Assembly (NCBI GenBank): GCA_900553835.1
Contig: USFF01000001.1
Span: 1,568-65,567 of the forward strand
Origin: an uncultured Mycoplasmatota bacterium
GTDB lineage: Bacteria > Bacillota_I > Bacilli_A > RF39 > UBA660
Direction: 5' to 3'
Length of the DNA: 64,000 nucleotides
Position numbers and translations under genes: made by a program. This document shows, in pieces, positions 40,076-52,518 of this stretch. Below the pieces are notes generated by a model. The model did not search any database, was not told the DNA's origin, and saw nothing but the letters and a program-made list of their open reading frames with translations. The stretch's first letter is position 1. Each line of letters opens with the position of its first letter.

Positions 40076-40627
40076 TTAAGTTGTTTCTTCTAGAAATAAA
40101 TCACCATCTGCTATAGGAATAGTAGCATAATTTATATCACTTATACTGAACTTTTTAAGAGGTGCCTCTGGATTTGCAATTTCTATTATTTCTTCGTTTT
40201 TCTTAAGTTCTATATTTTTTAATTCTTCACTAAATGTATGTTTTCCATCACTGCTTATTTGTTTATAGTATACTTTTAAACTTTTATTTTCTGAAAATGG
40301 TACATTATTAAAAATAGCATATCCATCTTGATTTGTTTCTACTTCTATACCTATATTATTTCCTGTGTAGTCTGTTCTTATAAATTTAGCACCAATAATA
40401 TTAACTCCAGTACTAGGATCTCCAGTATCAGTAACATGTAATTTTAAAATTCCTGAAGCAGATATAGTAAAAACATAGGTTTCGATGTTATCTACTATTT
40501 CTATACTTTTAGGTGACAGAGAACTGTTATCATATCCTGGAATATCTGCAGTTGCATTATACTTTCCATTAACGATTTCTGTACTACCAAGTCCATTGGT
40601 TATTGGTATCTTATGTTTTATTGCCAT
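40076..40627 (-). CDS. hypothetical protein, possible prealbumin/Cna-B-like beta-sandwich
   Basis: The pattern ...TNQDGYAIFNNVPF....LKVYY resembles carboxypeptidase-regulatory-like domains. Confidence 0.4.
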   Translation of the reverse strand: MAIKHKIPITNGLGSTEIVNGKYNATADIPGYDNSSLSPKSIEIVDNIETYVFTISASGILKLHVTDTGDPSTGVNIIGAKFIRTDYTGNNIGIEVETNQDGYAIFNNVPFSENKSLKVYYKQISSDGKHTFSEELKNIELKKNEEIIEIANPEAPLKKFSISDINYATIPIADGDLFLEETT

Positions 40628-40962
40628 AAAGTAATTTCTCCTTCCTTTATATTAACTTTATTATAGTTAGAATCATATATAATTATATTTTTGATATTTC
40701 CTTTTTTATTTTCAATTTTATTATCTAAACAGATAGAATAATTATATCCTCTTATGGCATATATTGGTATATTAATTATTCTTCCTTTAGAATGTATTTC
40801 TAACTTATATGTATTTTTATTATATATAGGTAACTTTATTTTTTCTAAATTATTTATTTTTTTAATACAAACTATTTTATTACATTTATTTTTTAAATAA
40901 AGAGTAGTTCCATTTATTAAGCAGTTAGATTTTAAATTTATATTAATGAAATCTTTGTTCAT
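40618..40962 (-). CDS. hypothetical protein (114 aa)
   Basis: 10-nt overlap with the downstream gene in the same operon. Confidence 0.4.
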   Translation of the reverse strand: MNKDFININLKSNCLINGTTLYLKNKCNKIVCIKKINNLEKIKLPIYNKNTYKLEIHSKGRIINIPIYAIRGYNYSICLDNKIENKKGNIKNIIIYDSNYNKVNIKEGEITLWQ

Positions 40963-41013
40963 AAATCACCTCAATATATTATAATATATTCTATTTAATT
41001 ATCATTGAAAAGG

Positions 41014-42837
41014 TTAAATCACTATTGACCAAATATATTTAGTATAATATTCTTCGTTTAGGTTATTGTCGTTTATTTTAAGTAGTAAACCTTTATCTTT
41101 TTCGTAATTAATTTCTTTGATAGATATTTCATCTATATTCTTGATATTTTGATAAATACTAGTTGGTTGTGTACTTATTTGTAGTAATTCATTATTATTT
41201 TTAAATATTAAAGAATCAATTAATACCTTATTATTATCACTCATTAAAGGATTTATATAATTAATAAATAATTCATAGTTAGTAGCATTATTTCTACTAT
41301 CAATAATAATAATATTACTAGGTTTTATTTTATTATATATATTATTTTCACTAGGTAATGAAATATCAAAATTTGTTATTTTAGTACTTTCTAAAAGAGT
41401 AACTTCTCCATTAAATGGAGTAATTATTTCTCTATCTAAATACATGTAGCTGGTAGGTTCAGCTGATGTAATTTTAATTACTGTATTATCTTGAATATTA
41501 TTTTCAAGTAAATATTCGAATAACCCATTTTCATCAGATTTAACTATTTCATTAGTACCATCAAAAGATATGGATACATCTGCGTGACGAGTAGTGTGAC
41601 CAGAGATTTTAGTGGAATTACTATTTATAGGATGAATATTTATTTTGGGTTGACCTATAGAAAACTGCTTTTTATTTTGAAAGGAAAAATTATCTAAAGA
41701 AGGTAATGTGTTTTTTTCCTCATTAGTATAATTACTATATATAATATTAGTAGTATTCTTATCAAATGTTCCTTTTACTATAGATAAAGTATCTTTTTTA
41801 TACCATGAGTAGAGTGGTAAATCTTCAATTCCACCAGCTACTAAAAGATCTTTACTATCTTTCCACATATTTATTCTATTAAATGAAAACTCAAAATTTA
41901 CAGGATTATTTGTATAAAGTACATTAGAATTTTTAGTATAAAGAACTATGTTTCTAGGATTATTAAACTTAATACTTTGATTATTTCCTTTAAAATAAAT
42001 ATTATAATTATCAATAGGAGTATTTTCGTAACTATTAATTACTAATAAGCTTGCTCCTTCATTTACTGTTAAATTTCCATATATATTCCACATAGGTACT
42101 CTTTGATGGGAATTTTCTATAAAATTTAATTTAGAAAAATCATCTATTAAAACATCTTGACATCCATTACCAATTGTCTGTGCAAAACCATTACCTGTTA
42201 TTAAATTTAGTTCGCTACATCTAGATATTTTAAAATCTAGTCTAGGAGTGCCATTAAAGAATGCATTTTTACTTGTTATATTAACTCTGCTATTTGATAG
42301 AATTTTAAAATATGCATCAATTGTGTGTAAATATATAAATGGAGTATTATTACTATCAATGTCACTGTTACCGCCAATTAGTATGTTATTACATTCACAT
42401 ACTTTATCAGATGTAATGTTGTTAGTATCTTCAATTTTAATGTAACTGTCAATTATTTTTGTGATTCCATATTGATTGTATAGGAGTTTAACACCATTAA
42501 ATCTGGTATTACTAAATACTATTTTAGAATTTAAATCATCATTTATATAAATAAAACCAACTTTATTTGAAGAAGTTATTTTTATATTTTTAAATATTAT
42601 AGTACTATTAATTGATGTACTTATAGTAGAATCAATTAAATTATTAGTAATAGTATGAGTATTAGTATTATAAGTTCCATCAATTATAATTTTAGATTTA
42701 TCTCCTATCATAAAAGATTCTTCTATAGTTATATCATTATCTAGATAAATGTATGTATAAGTATTATCTTCTGTTAAAACAGTTTTAAATTCTTCAAAGT
42801 TAGAAACAACAACAGTTTTATCATTTATAATTTTCAT
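41014..42837 (-). CDS. large Asn/Ile-rich hypothetical protein, possibly beta-helical
   Basis: AGGAGG Shine-Dalgarno. Repetitive short beta-strand-like periodicity. No signal peptide seen. Confidence 0.45.
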   Translation of the reverse strand: MKIINDKTVVVSNFEEFKTVLTEDNTYTYIYLDNDITIEESFMIGDKSKIIIDGTYNTNTHTITNNLIDSTISTSINSTIIFKNIKITSSNKVGFIYINDDLNSKIVFSNTRFNGVKLLYNQYGITKIIDSYIKIEDTNNITSDKVCECNNILIGGNSDIDSNNTPFIYLHTIDAYFKILSNSRVNITSKNAFFNGTPRLDFKISRCSELNLITGNGFAQTIGNGCQDVLIDDFSKLNFIENSHQRVPMWNIYGNLTVNEGASLLVINSYENTPIDNYNIYFKGNNQSIKFNNPRNIVLYTKNSNVLYTNNPVNFEFSFNRINMWKDSKDLLVAGGIEDLPLYSWYKKDTLSIVKGTFDKNTTNIIYSNYTNEEKNTLPSLDNFSFQNKKQFSIGQPKINIHPINSNSTKISGHTTRHADVSISFDGTNEIVKSDENGLFEYLLENNIQDNTVIKITSAEPTSYMYLDREIITPFNGEVTLLESTKITNFDISLPSENNIYNKIKPSNIIIIDSRNNATNYELFINYINPLMSDNNKVLIDSLIFKNNNELLQISTQPTSIYQNIKNIDEISIKEINYEKDKGLLLKINDNNLNEEYYTKYIWSIVI

Positions 42838-42847
42838 AGAAACCTCC

Positions 42848-43696
42848 TTAATGTATTTTTACTACATTTAACATAGCATTAGTGCTTCCATTAAATGAAA
42901 CGTTCACATTATTAGAAGATCTTAAATTTAAAGTTAGAATATCATCTTTGTTTAAAGATATAATCGTACTACCATTTATTGTATTAATAAAGTTAGCATC
43001 AAATTCATTTGTAATATTCGTTGCTGGTTGTAGGATGTCATTTGCTCTTACTGAGATAGTAATAGCAGTATCATCACTAGTACTAGCGCTAAAAGTGAAA
43101 TTAACTAGGTATACACCAGTTTCTTTAACTTTGATAGATGAATTACCTTCATACTCGGTTAAAAAAGCTGGACCTTGTTCTTCAATTGTGAGGACTATAT
43201 CTGTTGCTGCTGGTAAATTAAATTGCTTTTCTGTTAAAGAATATCTCATTCCATAGGCATTAATTATAGAAGTACCCGCATCACCTTTGTCACCCTTTGG
43301 TATGAAAAATACTAAATTATGCACCCAGTTTTCATAAGTGTCAATAACGTGTGCTTCTTCACCGGCGTTTAATGTTTCTATACCTTCAATATTTATATGC
43401 TCGGTTCTTCCTATTTCACCAGGTAAACCTCTTGGTCCTGTTTCGCCCTGGTCACCTTTGTCACCTTTAATACCTTTTGGTAATTTAAAATCAAGTATTA
43501 CATCGGTAGGCGTTCCGGTGTTTTTAACTTCAGCGTTCATGTTGTTATCTACTGTTTCGACATTTCCTATTTGTATTGTTGCAGGTCCTGGGTCTCCTTT
43601 TTCGCCTTTGATTCCTTGTTCTCCTTTAGGACCGGTAGGTCCTACTAGCATGCATACATTGCATAAATTTTTATTTTTATATTGGTTATAATTCAT
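42848..43696 (-). CDS. collagen-like repeat protein with a BclA/C1q-like C-terminal domain
   Basis: N-terminal CNVC, then GPTGPKGEQGIKGEKGDPGP and GDKGDQGETGPRGLPGE runs, one beta module, and a C-terminal head ending ..AMLNVVKIH. Confidence 0.7.
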   Translation of the reverse strand: MNYNQYKNKNLCNVCMLVGPTGPKGEQGIKGEKGDPGPATIQIGNVETVDNNMNAEVKNTGTPTDVILDFKLPKGIKGDKGDQGETGPRGLPGEIGRTEHINIEGIETLNAGEEAHVIDTYENWVHNLVFFIPKGDKGDAGTSIINAYGMRYSLTEKQFNLPAATDIVLTIEEQGPAFLTEYEGNSSIKVKETGVYLVNFTFSASTSDDTAITISVRANDILQPATNITNEFDANFINTINGSTIISLNKDDILTLNLRSSNNVNVSFNGSTNAMLNVVKIH

Positions 43697-43717
43697 TTTA
43701 CACCTCGTATCTGTAAA

Positions 43718-43744
43718 TAATTTATGTTTTTTTATATAGTCGGT
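43718..43744 (-). promoter_or_regulatory. possible sigma-K-type (late mother-cell) promoter
   Basis: On the minus strand, AC-16 nt-CATAAATTA fits AC-N16/17-CATAnnnTA. It lies about 20 nt upstream of the ATG. Confidence 0.3.
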
Positions 43745-44016
43745 GTAATTAATTTATAATAGATAAAATAAAAAAGAGATTACTCAGAAATTAAATGATT
43801 AATTTTCTGCGTATTCTCTTTATAAACTTAATTGGTGCCCTTTTGGTGGAAGTATAACAACCACTAGGCATAAATTTATAGGTAGTAATAACTACTAACT
43901 AATATAATTATATCACAATTTTTATTTTTTTAATAATAAAGTTGCCAATTCCTTTAATCAAAATTTTTAATTTACGCAAAAATATGGTATAATAATTAAT
44001 AACAAGGAGGTTATTT

Positions 44017-44253
44017 ATGAATGACGACATTAAACGCCTTAAAGAATTAAAAGATCGACATCATTATTTTGGTGATTTAACCCCTAATGAAGAAGAAGAA
44101 ATGCACCAATTGGATTCATTACTATCTAGTAATTTGGAATTATTAGAACAAAGAGCCATTGATGATAGATTTCCTGGTATTGATGAAAAAATATGGGAAT
44201 TAAGAAGTGTTTTAAAAATAGGCTGTGAAAATCAAATGTTTAAAAGAAGATAA
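44017..44253 (+). CDS. hypothetical protein (78 aa)
   Basis: TATAAT then AACAAGGAGG then ATG. Confidence 0.5.
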   Translation: MNDDIKRLKELKDRHHYFGDLTPNEEEEMHQLDSLLSSNLELLEQRAIDDRFPGIDEKIWELRSVLKIGCENQMFKRR

Positions 44254-44321
44254 ATAATATTAATTATTAACCAAAATGTGTTATTTATATGCTATAATTA
44301 TATTAACAAGGAGGTGTTAAT

Positions 44322-44816
44322 GTGAGTAATTTTCAAAATAATTCAATAATAACTATTGATGCTGAATTAAGAGGATATCTTTTAAGGGATTTTTTAGAAA
44401 AAAACGGTCTAAGAGAAGAAGTTAATAATAACATTGTATATGGTACTTATACAACAATGGAAGAAATGGATGGTATAGGTGGTGGCTTATCAGAAGTTAA
44501 ACATGAAGGTTGGAATTATTTGGGAAAAGGGTTAGAAAAAAATCCTTTTGCTCCAGTTCTTAAAACTAAACCTACTGTTATGGATAATGCTAAATTGCAA
44601 CTTTTTGTTTGTGATAGATATGGTATATTAACTAAAGAAGACTTTTTTAAATCACTTGATGAATTACAAACTAAGTTATCAGATCAATTTATAACAAGAA
44701 AAATTCAAGAGAGAGAAAGAGTAATGGCTCAAATGGCAAAATTACAAGAACAACTTCGTTCAATTGATGCTGATATAGAAAATGCAAAAGGAAATAATCG
44801 TAGCCCAAGACGATAA
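44322..44816 (+). CDS. hypothetical protein (164 aa) with a C-terminal coiled coil
   Basis: TATAAT then AACAAGGAGG then a GTG start. Terminator hairpin at about 44838-44878. Confidence 0.5.
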   Translation: MSNFQNNSIITIDAELRGYLLRDFLEKNGLREEVNNNIVYGTYTTMEEMDGIGGGLSEVKHEGWNYLGKGLEKNPFAPVLKTKPTVMDNAKLQLFVCDRYGILTKEDFFKSLDELQTKLSDQFITRKIQERERVMAQMAKLQEQLRSIDADIENAKGNNRSPRR

Positions 44817-44961
44817 TTTGTTTTTTGAATATGTTTAAAAAGTTCTAATAATTGTTATTTCATTAGAACTTTTCTTTATTTTCATTACGAAGTTTTGAAA
44901 ATAAAAACATAATTTTGCTTGGCTTTATATGCCTTGCTAAAATTATGATTAAAAGGGATTA

Positions 44962-45060
44962 AAAAGGGAATTTCCCTTTTTCACACCGTTATTGGCTTTG
45001 CCAATAGCGTAGTGTGTTACCATTTCGACAAAATGGTCTTTTTTCACGAGCTGTTGCTCG
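44962..45060. promoter_or_regulatory. candidate oriT (inverted-repeat cluster with a TAGTGTGTTA nick-like motif)
   Basis: Palindrome AAAGGGAATTTCCCTTT, ATTGGC-TTT-GCCAAT, TAGTGTGTTA at 45010-45019, ACCATTT-CGACA-AAATGGT, and CGAGC-TGTT-GCTCG followed by T6. Confidence 0.35.
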
Positions 45061-45064
45061 TTTT

Positions 45065-48230
<3,166 letters not shown>

Positions 48231-48370
48231 TTAAATAAATAAGTATAAATTTTAAATATGTTATATGTGCTTTTAATCATAGAAGTACCTCTCTTTCCCC
48301 TTTAAAAAGCGATACTGCTTGCTTTTATTAGTTCTATACTATATACATTTATTCTTGATTTGTCAAGGTT

Positions 48371-48640
48371 TTAGTGGGTTTTAATATATTCTTCAAAATC
48401 TTTAAACTTAATTTTCTCTTTATAACCATTTATAAAAATATCATCACATTCATCAAATATTAAATAATCAATACCTTTAATTTTTACTATATGAGGTTTA
48501 ACCATAGCAATATTTGTGTTTTTAATACTTTTAATATTTCCATTTGTGATAGTGTAGTCAACATAAGCAAACCTACAAATCATTTCTACCTTTCTTTTTA
48601 ATTCTTCACTTATTACAAGTTCTTTAGTTTCTATTGTCAT
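48371..48640 (-). CDS. small conserved element protein (89 aa), paralogue of 32802-33092
   Basis: See 32802-33092. It lies between the recombinase and tRNA-Ala. Confidence 0.5.
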   Translation of the reverse strand: MTIETKELVISEELKRKVEMICRFAYVDYTITNGNIKSIKNTNIAMVKPHIVKIKGIDYLIFDECDDIFINGYKEKIKFKDFEEYIKTH

Positions 48641-48739
48641 AACTCATCACTTTTCCTTTCTTAAATAACAAAAAAACTAACATTTCTGTTAGTAATTTAT
48701 TACTCTCGAATTTATAAAAGTTCGAGTTTCCTATCAATC

Positions 48740-48816
48740 TGGTGGAGAATGTGGGACTTGAACCCGCGACCCCCTGCGTGCAAGGCAGGTGCTCTAGCCA
48801 ACTGAGCTAATTCCCC
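48740..48816 (-). tRNA. tRNA-Ala (UGC)
   Basis: GGGGAAT acceptor with G3:U70, anticodon loop CTTGCAC, and an encoded CCA. There is one C50-A64 mismatch in the T stem. Confidence 0.9.
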
Positions 48817-48959
48817 ACGGTAGGCACTTGATTAAATCAAGCATAAAAATCATATCATAGAATTAGTAAGTATGTCAATACTTTTTTAACAACAAATGTG
48901 TATTTTTGACTTTTTGTATAAAATTTGGTATAATTTTAGTAATTAAGGGGGAATAAAAG

Positions 48960-49265
48960 ATGAAAATAAAATTACCTGATAAATTTAAAAAAGAAGATAG
49001 TGTAGTGCTAATAGACATATATAAGGGTCTATTAATAATAGTAAACAAAAGTGATTTTAACCCTGAACAAATTTTAAAAAGCAGTATAATTCCAAAAGAA
49101 AGAGTAAAAAATGTTTACAGAGTAATAAATGCAAATAGCCATGAACTAAAAGTAGTAAACGGAACAGTTACTATTCCATATGACTTTGATAGTTATGTAC
49201 TTAAAGAAAACGAAAAATCTTTATACATAATAAACGCGGAGGTAAAAAATGAAAAAACTCTCTAA
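48960..49265 (+). CDS. hypothetical protein (101 aa)
   Basis: TTGACT-17-TATAAT promoter and a GGGGGA Shine-Dalgarno. Confidence 0.5.
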   Translation: MKIKLPDKFKKEDSVVLIDIYKGLLIIVNKSDFNPEQILKSSIIPKERVKNVYRVINANSHELKVVNGTVTIPYDFDSYVLKENEKSLYIINAEVKNEKTL

Positions 49266-49905
49266 TACATCATATACAAGTGCTTTATTATTTAGTAAAC
49301 CTAAAATTGAAAAAATAGTATTCGAAGTGCCAGAAAGTAAACAAGTAAAAACAGATGTAGGTTTTGTTTTTGGAGGAATATCACAAGAATATAGATTACA
49401 AAAAGCACTAGAACTTTATCAAAATGGATTAATAAACAAAATACTTTTATCAGGTGGAATAGGAAAAATAAGTACAGAAAAAACTAAAACAGATGTATGT
49501 ATGATGCTAGAATATTTAAAACAAATTAACACACCAAAGGATATAATGAGAGACATATTAGTAGAAGACAAATCAAGAGACACATATGAAAACATTGTAA
49601 ATAGTTTAAAATTATACTCAAAACCAAATAGAACATACACACTAATATCTTCTGACTTTCACTTAAGAAGATGCTCAGGTATATTTGCATACATACTTGA
49701 TAAAAGTAATCAAAATGGAATGTTTTCTATAAGTCCAGTTATGGATAACCAAACAGATAAAAATAACTGGCAAAATAATAAAATGGGTAATATTTTAATA
49801 TATAAGGAATTATTATCTTTACTTTATCATGCTAAAAACAAAAAAATGTATGATGAAGAATTATATGAAACATCAGAAGAAGTAAAAAAACATATTTTGA
49901 AGTAA
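49249..49905 (+). CDS. YdcF/DUF218-family protein
   Basis: LSGGIGK...DILVEDKSRDTYEN...SSDFHLRR motifs. Confidence 0.75.
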   Translation: MKKLSNTSYTSALLFSKPKIEKIVFEVPESKQVKTDVGFVFGGISQEYRLQKALELYQNGLINKILLSGGIGKISTEKTKTDVCMMLEYLKQINTPKDIMRDILVEDKSRDTYENIVNSLKLYSKPNRTYTLISSDFHLRRCSGIFAYILDKSNQNGMFSISPVMDNQTDKNNWQNNKMGNILIYKELLSLLYHAKNKKMYDEELYETSEEVKKHILK

Positions 49906-49955
49906 AACTTGAAATATGTTTTTATTATGGTATACTTAATTTAGGAGTAAAAAAT

Positions 49956-50465
49956 ATGACTTACAAATTTAGAAATGAATTATTTAAAAAAGCACCAGAA
50001 TTTGAAAAAATCTTTAACACTTTACTAAATAAAGAAAAAATAAAAGAATTTGATGACCAAATATTAAACATAATTGCAAAAGACAAAACTGCTATAAAAA
50101 TTAATGGAGAACCTCTTGCTCTTAAAGACTTATTCCATCAAGAAATAACAGAAGGTAAATGTAAACTCTGTACATTTGAACTTGTATTGCTTCTTGATAA
50201 ACTAGGTATTTATAGTGAAGCAGTATATGCTGAAAATAAATATTTTAAAGGTACAACAGGATCCTATAGTGGGGGACACTGGTATGTAGAAGCATATTTT
50301 GAAAAAAAGCCTAAACTAATAGACACGTCACTTGTAATAACAGGAACAGAAGATGCGTTTACTATGCTAGGACACAAAATAATAAAAAAATATGACATTG
50401 ACTCATTATTTAAAGAAAACTCTGAATTAATAGATTACTATGATCAAATGATAATTCACAAATAA
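49956..50465 (+). CDS. hypothetical protein, possible transglutaminase-like Cys/His/Asp fold
   Basis: C..C, GGHWYVE and LIDTS spacing only. Confidence 0.4.
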   Translation: MTYKFRNELFKKAPEFEKIFNTLLNKEKIKEFDDQILNIIAKDKTAIKINGEPLALKDLFHQEITEGKCKLCTFELVLLLDKLGIYSEAVYAENKYFKGTTGSYSGGHWYVEAYFEKKPKLIDTSLVITGTEDAFTMLGHKIIKKYDIDSLFKENSELIDYYDQMIIHK

Positions 50466-50764
50466 CTAACATTTATAATATTCTTAAAATATATTCTTAT
50501 ATTATCCATAAGAATATATTTTTCATAAACATTAATACTTTTAATAAAACCACTTTTATAAAATAAAAAACCATTATTATAATGTTTAACTTTAATAGAT
50601 AAATGATTATTATAAGCATTTACTAAAATGCTATTAATTTCATTTATTCTGTCTTCCATTATAATTGGTTTACTTATCTTACTCCTATTTAGTTCAATTT
50701 CTTTAATATCATTAGAATTTAAAAGTGTATTAAAAGGTTTCCATTTAATCATACCTCTATCCAT
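50456..50764 (-). CDS. YolD-like protein
   Basis: RGMIKWKPF N-terminal motif. It lies downstream of a Y-family polymerase gene. Confidence 0.7.
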   Translation of the reverse strand: MDRGMIKWKPFNTLLNSNDIKEIELNRSKISKPIIMEDRINEINSILVNAYNNHLSIKVKHYNNGFLFYKSGFIKSINVYEKYILMDNIRIYFKNIINVSYL

Positions 50765-50769
50765 AATAA

Positions 50770-52032
50770 TTACTCCTTATTATGTCCACCTAATTTAGTA
50801 TTTCTCACTTTAATAGTACTATAATCAAGTAAACTTGATGCTTTCAAAAGAGAATTATCACCATATTTTTTAGAAATTTCATCAATTACAGTATTTAACT
50901 CTTCCTTTTCTCTTTCTTCTATAACATCTTCAAATAAATTTAATTGTTCATAATTATTATTCTCAAGTTTACCTAAAGATATACTAATTTTTCTAATAGG
51001 TAAATCTTCCACAAATGAATTAAAAATATACATACAAGTTTCAAATATCTTACCCTCATCACTAGTAGGGCTAGAAAGCTTTCTAGAATGGTAAAATCCA
51101 CCACCTATATTTCTAGAATATCCAATACCAAATCCAATACTAGATGTAACTTTCTTATTCTTTCTTAACCTTTTACTAATAGTGCCTGACATTTCCTTTA
51201 TAATAAGAACAGCACTTTCTTTACTATAGTCCTTATAAAGAATTTGACTTAGTCCATAGCTTTTATTTTTACTTTCAAAATTATTTTCTCTAATACTACT
51301 ATTATCAATACCATTAGCGTGCATATAAAGTTCCTCGCCAAGCACCCCAAATCTTTTCTTATAAAATTCCTTTGGGTACTTATTAATATCTCCAACTTTA
51401 TGAATACCCAAATCATTTAATTTCTTCATAGTTTTGGAGCCAATTCCCCACATTTCATCAAGAGGAGAAATATTCCATAATTTTGTTTTAACATCATCAT
51501 AAGTCCACTTACTAATAAAATCCGGAGAATGTTTAGACTCAGTATCTAATGCAACTTTAGCAAGTAATAAATTTGGACCAATCCCACATGTACTAGTAAG
51601 TCCAGTCTTTTCCTTAATTGTATTCATTATCTTTTTAGCAAGTTCCACATCAGTCATCTTATAAAGTTTTAAATAATCTGTAACATCTAAAAAAGACTCA
51701 TCAATAGAATAAACATGCATGTCTTCTTTACTAACAAAATCTAAAAAAATATTAATAACTTCTTTACTTTTTTTGACATATAAACTCATTCTAGGTTTAG
51801 CTGTAATATACTTAATATTTTTAGGTATTTCAAATACTCTTCCACGTGATGGAACACCAAGTGTTTTCATATATGGAGTAACTGCAAGAGTAATCGCGCC
51901 TCCTTTTCTTTGAGGATCAGCAACAATAAGTGGAGTTTTAAAAGGATCAAGGCCCATTTCTACACATTCACATGATGCAAAAAAACTCTTTAAATCTATA
52001 CATAGAATATTCCTTTCCTTCATGTTTATCAC
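50770..52032 (-). CDS. Y-family DNA polymerase (UmuC/DinB-like)
   Basis: ILCIDLKSFFASCE and SIDESFLDVT catalytic motifs, plus a GIG HhH. Confidence 0.9.
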   Translation of the reverse strand: MINMKERNILCIDLKSFFASCECVEMGLDPFKTPLIVADPQRKGGAITLAVTPYMKTLGVPSRGRVFEIPKNIKYITAKPRMSLYVKKSKEVINIFLDFVSKEDMHVYSIDESFLDVTDYLKLYKMTDVELAKKIMNTIKEKTGLTSTCGIGPNLLLAKVALDTESKHSPDFISKWTYDDVKTKLWNISPLDEMWGIGSKTMKKLNDLGIHKVGDINKYPKEFYKKRFGVLGEELYMHANGIDNSSIRENNFESKNKSYGLSQILYKDYSKESAVLIIKEMSGTISKRLRKNKKVTSSIGFGIGYSRNIGGGFYHSRKLSSPTSDEGKIFETCMYIFNSFVEDLPIRKISISLGKLENNNYEQLNLFEDVIEEREKEELNTVIDEISKKYGDNSLLKASSLLDYSTIKVRNTKLGGHNKE

Positions 52033-52128
52033 CTTATCAAAAGTATAGCATATTTTAACTTTTATATCTATATTTATAACTGGTATTTTTTTCCTTTAAA
52101 AGAATAAATTTAAATGGGGGAACTATTA

Positions 52129-52449
52129 ATGAAAAAAAACTTACCAAATGTTTTTGCTAATAAAAAAATAGGTTTAGTAAAAAACAATGAAGAAATGTAC
52201 TATTCAAAAGAAGAAAAGAAATTAGATACATCCTTAATAATAGATGATAACTTTAAAGAAATACTAATAAGAAAGAAAATAAATGACTTATTTAATAGTA
52301 AAGATTTCGTATATAAAGTAAATGCTTTAATAACTACAAAAGAAGGAGATAAAAATGTAACTTTAATTGCTAAAGGAAAAGATTCGTTACTTACTTATAA
52401 CAATGAAAAAATACTAATTAAAGATATAATTGATATTAAAAAGGCTTAA
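52129..52449 (+). CDS. hypothetical protein (106 aa)
   Basis: The ORF has a GGGGGA Shine-Dalgarno. No motif seen. Confidence 0.45.
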   Translation: MKKNLPNVFANKKIGLVKNNEEMYYSKEEKKLDTSLIIDDNFKEILIRKKINDLFNSKDFVYKVNALITTKEGDKNVTLIAKGKDSLLTYNNEKILIKDIIDIKKA

Positions 52450-52518
52450 AGTCTTTTTTTATGTACATTTATTTATTCTCGTGATATAATTTATAAGTAA
52501 AAAAGGAAGTGAAGTATT

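Noticed and set aside
38978-43696. Collagen-like operon as a prophage tail-fibre module
   Set aside because: No terminase, portal, capsid, tail-tube, tape-measure, holin or lysin genes lie nearby. The adjacent element at 43.8-48.7 kb is a small recombinase/relaxase IME rather than a phage. This is not fully excluded, so it is kept as the alternative under the finding.
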